From Chrysomallon squamiferum (taxonomy: Eukaryota; Animalia; Mollusca), in assembly GCA_012295275.1 (NCBI GenBank), contig CM022678.1:3720001-3784000 (forward strand): a DNA stretch of 64,000 nucleotides, written 5' to 3'. Each line of letters opens with the position of its first letter. Within the stretch, counting starts at the first letter, position 1. The notes under the pieces were generated by a model. That model did not search any database. It worked only from the letters and a program-made list of their open reading frames with translations, and was not told where the DNA came from. The position numbers were made by a program, and so were the translations under genes. This document shows positions 62,475 to 64,000 of this stretch, one piece after another.

Positions 62475-63455
62475 AGACAGACAGCTGGTTCAAGAGCTTC
62501 CAGGATTTGAAGTGAGTAGTCTTTCTCCTCGCTGTCTTGCTGGTGTTGTCGACGTTGTCTGCAGGAAAACGTTGCAAACTTGAACTCACAGGTCAGCTGT
62601 CCCTTCATGCTGAAGTCTTCCTTCCTTAACACTTCACGTGGCCCATACCTGTGAGAATAAAACAATACCTGTACAGGTGTAACAGAGTTGAACAGGATAC
62701 ATGTAGGCCACATATCTGCCTGCAACCATTGCATGTAAACTATACAATAGAGGTAAATTCAAATACTAGTTGTGCAGGTGTAAAAACAGGACAAACTTCA
62801 CAATCTACTTGAGTAAATTTGTAGGTTTAAATTCAAATAAAAGACTTGTTTATAATACTTACACATACACATAACTTTAGCATGGCTGATTTGTATATAA
62901 TACTTACAAATATACATAACTTTAGTATGGCTGAATTGTGTATAATACTTACAAATATACATAACTTTAGTATGGTTTTGAGTACACTACATATATAACG
63001 TTAGTATGCATTTGTATGTATATATTTACATATATAAGTTTAGTATAATTTTGTTGTGTCTAATACATAAAGATATAGCTTCAGTATGGTTTTGCTGTGT
63101 ACAAAAACTACAATACAAATATAACTTTAGTACATTTTAACGAAATAGTTAAGAGGTTTCAGTTACAGAATTACCATTTACATTATTATAATGATTATTA
63201 CTATATTACTTTATTAATATTAGTCAAATATTAATACTCAGACTGTCAACAATTAAGTTAAAATGATCATCCCAATCTAATAATGATATGAATTAATGAT
63301 AATCCTTAATCTATCATTCTAATTTCTATGGTTCGAATACTCATAAAGGTTTGTTACGGATATCTTACATTTTCATCAATGACATCTGATTTTACAAATG
63401 TATACGGGTTTAATGTAACTTCAGGACCAGTTATTCGTCTCGTATCACTTTGCAT
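60799..63455 (-). pseudogene. EXOSC6: MTR3/EXOSC6 copy B (exons 1, 4, 5, 8, 9; exons 2, 3, 6, 7 missing)
   Basis: 63455-63369 MQSDTRRITGPE; 62648-62474 YGPREVLRKEDFSMKGQLTCEFKFATFSCRQRRQHQQDSEEKDYSLQILEALEPAVCL; ~62385-62324 with shifted acceptor; ~61330-61223 with acceptor AG lost; 60900-60799 terminal exon. Confidence 0.85.
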
Positions 63456-63678
63456 GATTGTTCGATGTGTCTATCTACATCAAAAAATGTTTTACCACAT
63501 GGGAACAGCCATTACAATGTGTTCTCTAAAATTCCTCTGTCAAAAAGAGAGCTCCTTCTTATACTAATTTTCAGTAGTATAATTCCTCTATGAAAATTAA
63601 AGCACCTTCAATATAAGATTAAATGAAATCCAACTGTAAACCCATTTTGTCATGAAAATGACGACAATAGAAACATAA

Positions 63679-63711
<33 letters not shown>

Positions 63712-64000
63712 AATTAATCATAATAATAATTATAATAAAATAGAAAAAAAAACAATGAAAAGAATAACGATAGACAATTTAATTTTTTCATTGATAACAA
63801 TATTACCGTGTGTTATATTTATACACATATCCAAATACAAAATCTTATCACACAATTCAGTGCAGACGATTAAATAAAATATTAGTGTACACAGTAACAG
63901 ACGTACTCTTATCACGAACGAGTAAACAAAGGAAGAGAAAATCTGTCTTAGACAGTAATAGAAATATTTAGTGACGTGTGAGTCCAAAGTTTATCCACGA

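Noticed and set aside
57737-63455. MTR3 copies complementing each other by read-through splicing
   Set aside because: The exon order is wrong (copy B precedes copy C in the direction of transcription), and exon 6 is missing from all copies.

Overview
AT-rich, microsatellite-dense animal genomic DNA, probably a lophotrochozoan such as a mollusc (inferred from gene content; the species cannot be determined). Almost all ORFs in the supplied track are microsatellite artefacts, so the real genes were assembled by hand from GT-AG exons. (1) 1-2461 (-): 5' part of an SLCO/OATP organic anion transporter. (2) 12070-33916 (-): a ~28-exon, ~1190-aa unconventional myosin with a divergent class III/XXVIII-like motor and no kinase, one IQ motif, and a C-terminal atypical Smad-like MH2 domain resembling the Expansion/Rebuf type, which in insects works with chitin synthase. 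The motor and IQ exons splice in frame for 800 codons, but the tail exons carry several 1-nt homopolymer deletions and one stop. (3) Three different defective copies of the exosome subunit MTR3/EXOSC6 (-) at 38773-44103, 57737-58832 and 60799-63455. (4) Between them, an IAP gene (+) with two BIR domains, followed by a ~1.4-kb tandem array. Each unit carries a 255-nt phase-1/phase-1 UBA exon made from a BIR-deleted copy of the IAP's own exon, with a new splice acceptor recruited from former coding sequence. CpG and microsatellite density drop sharply at ~38.3 kb.
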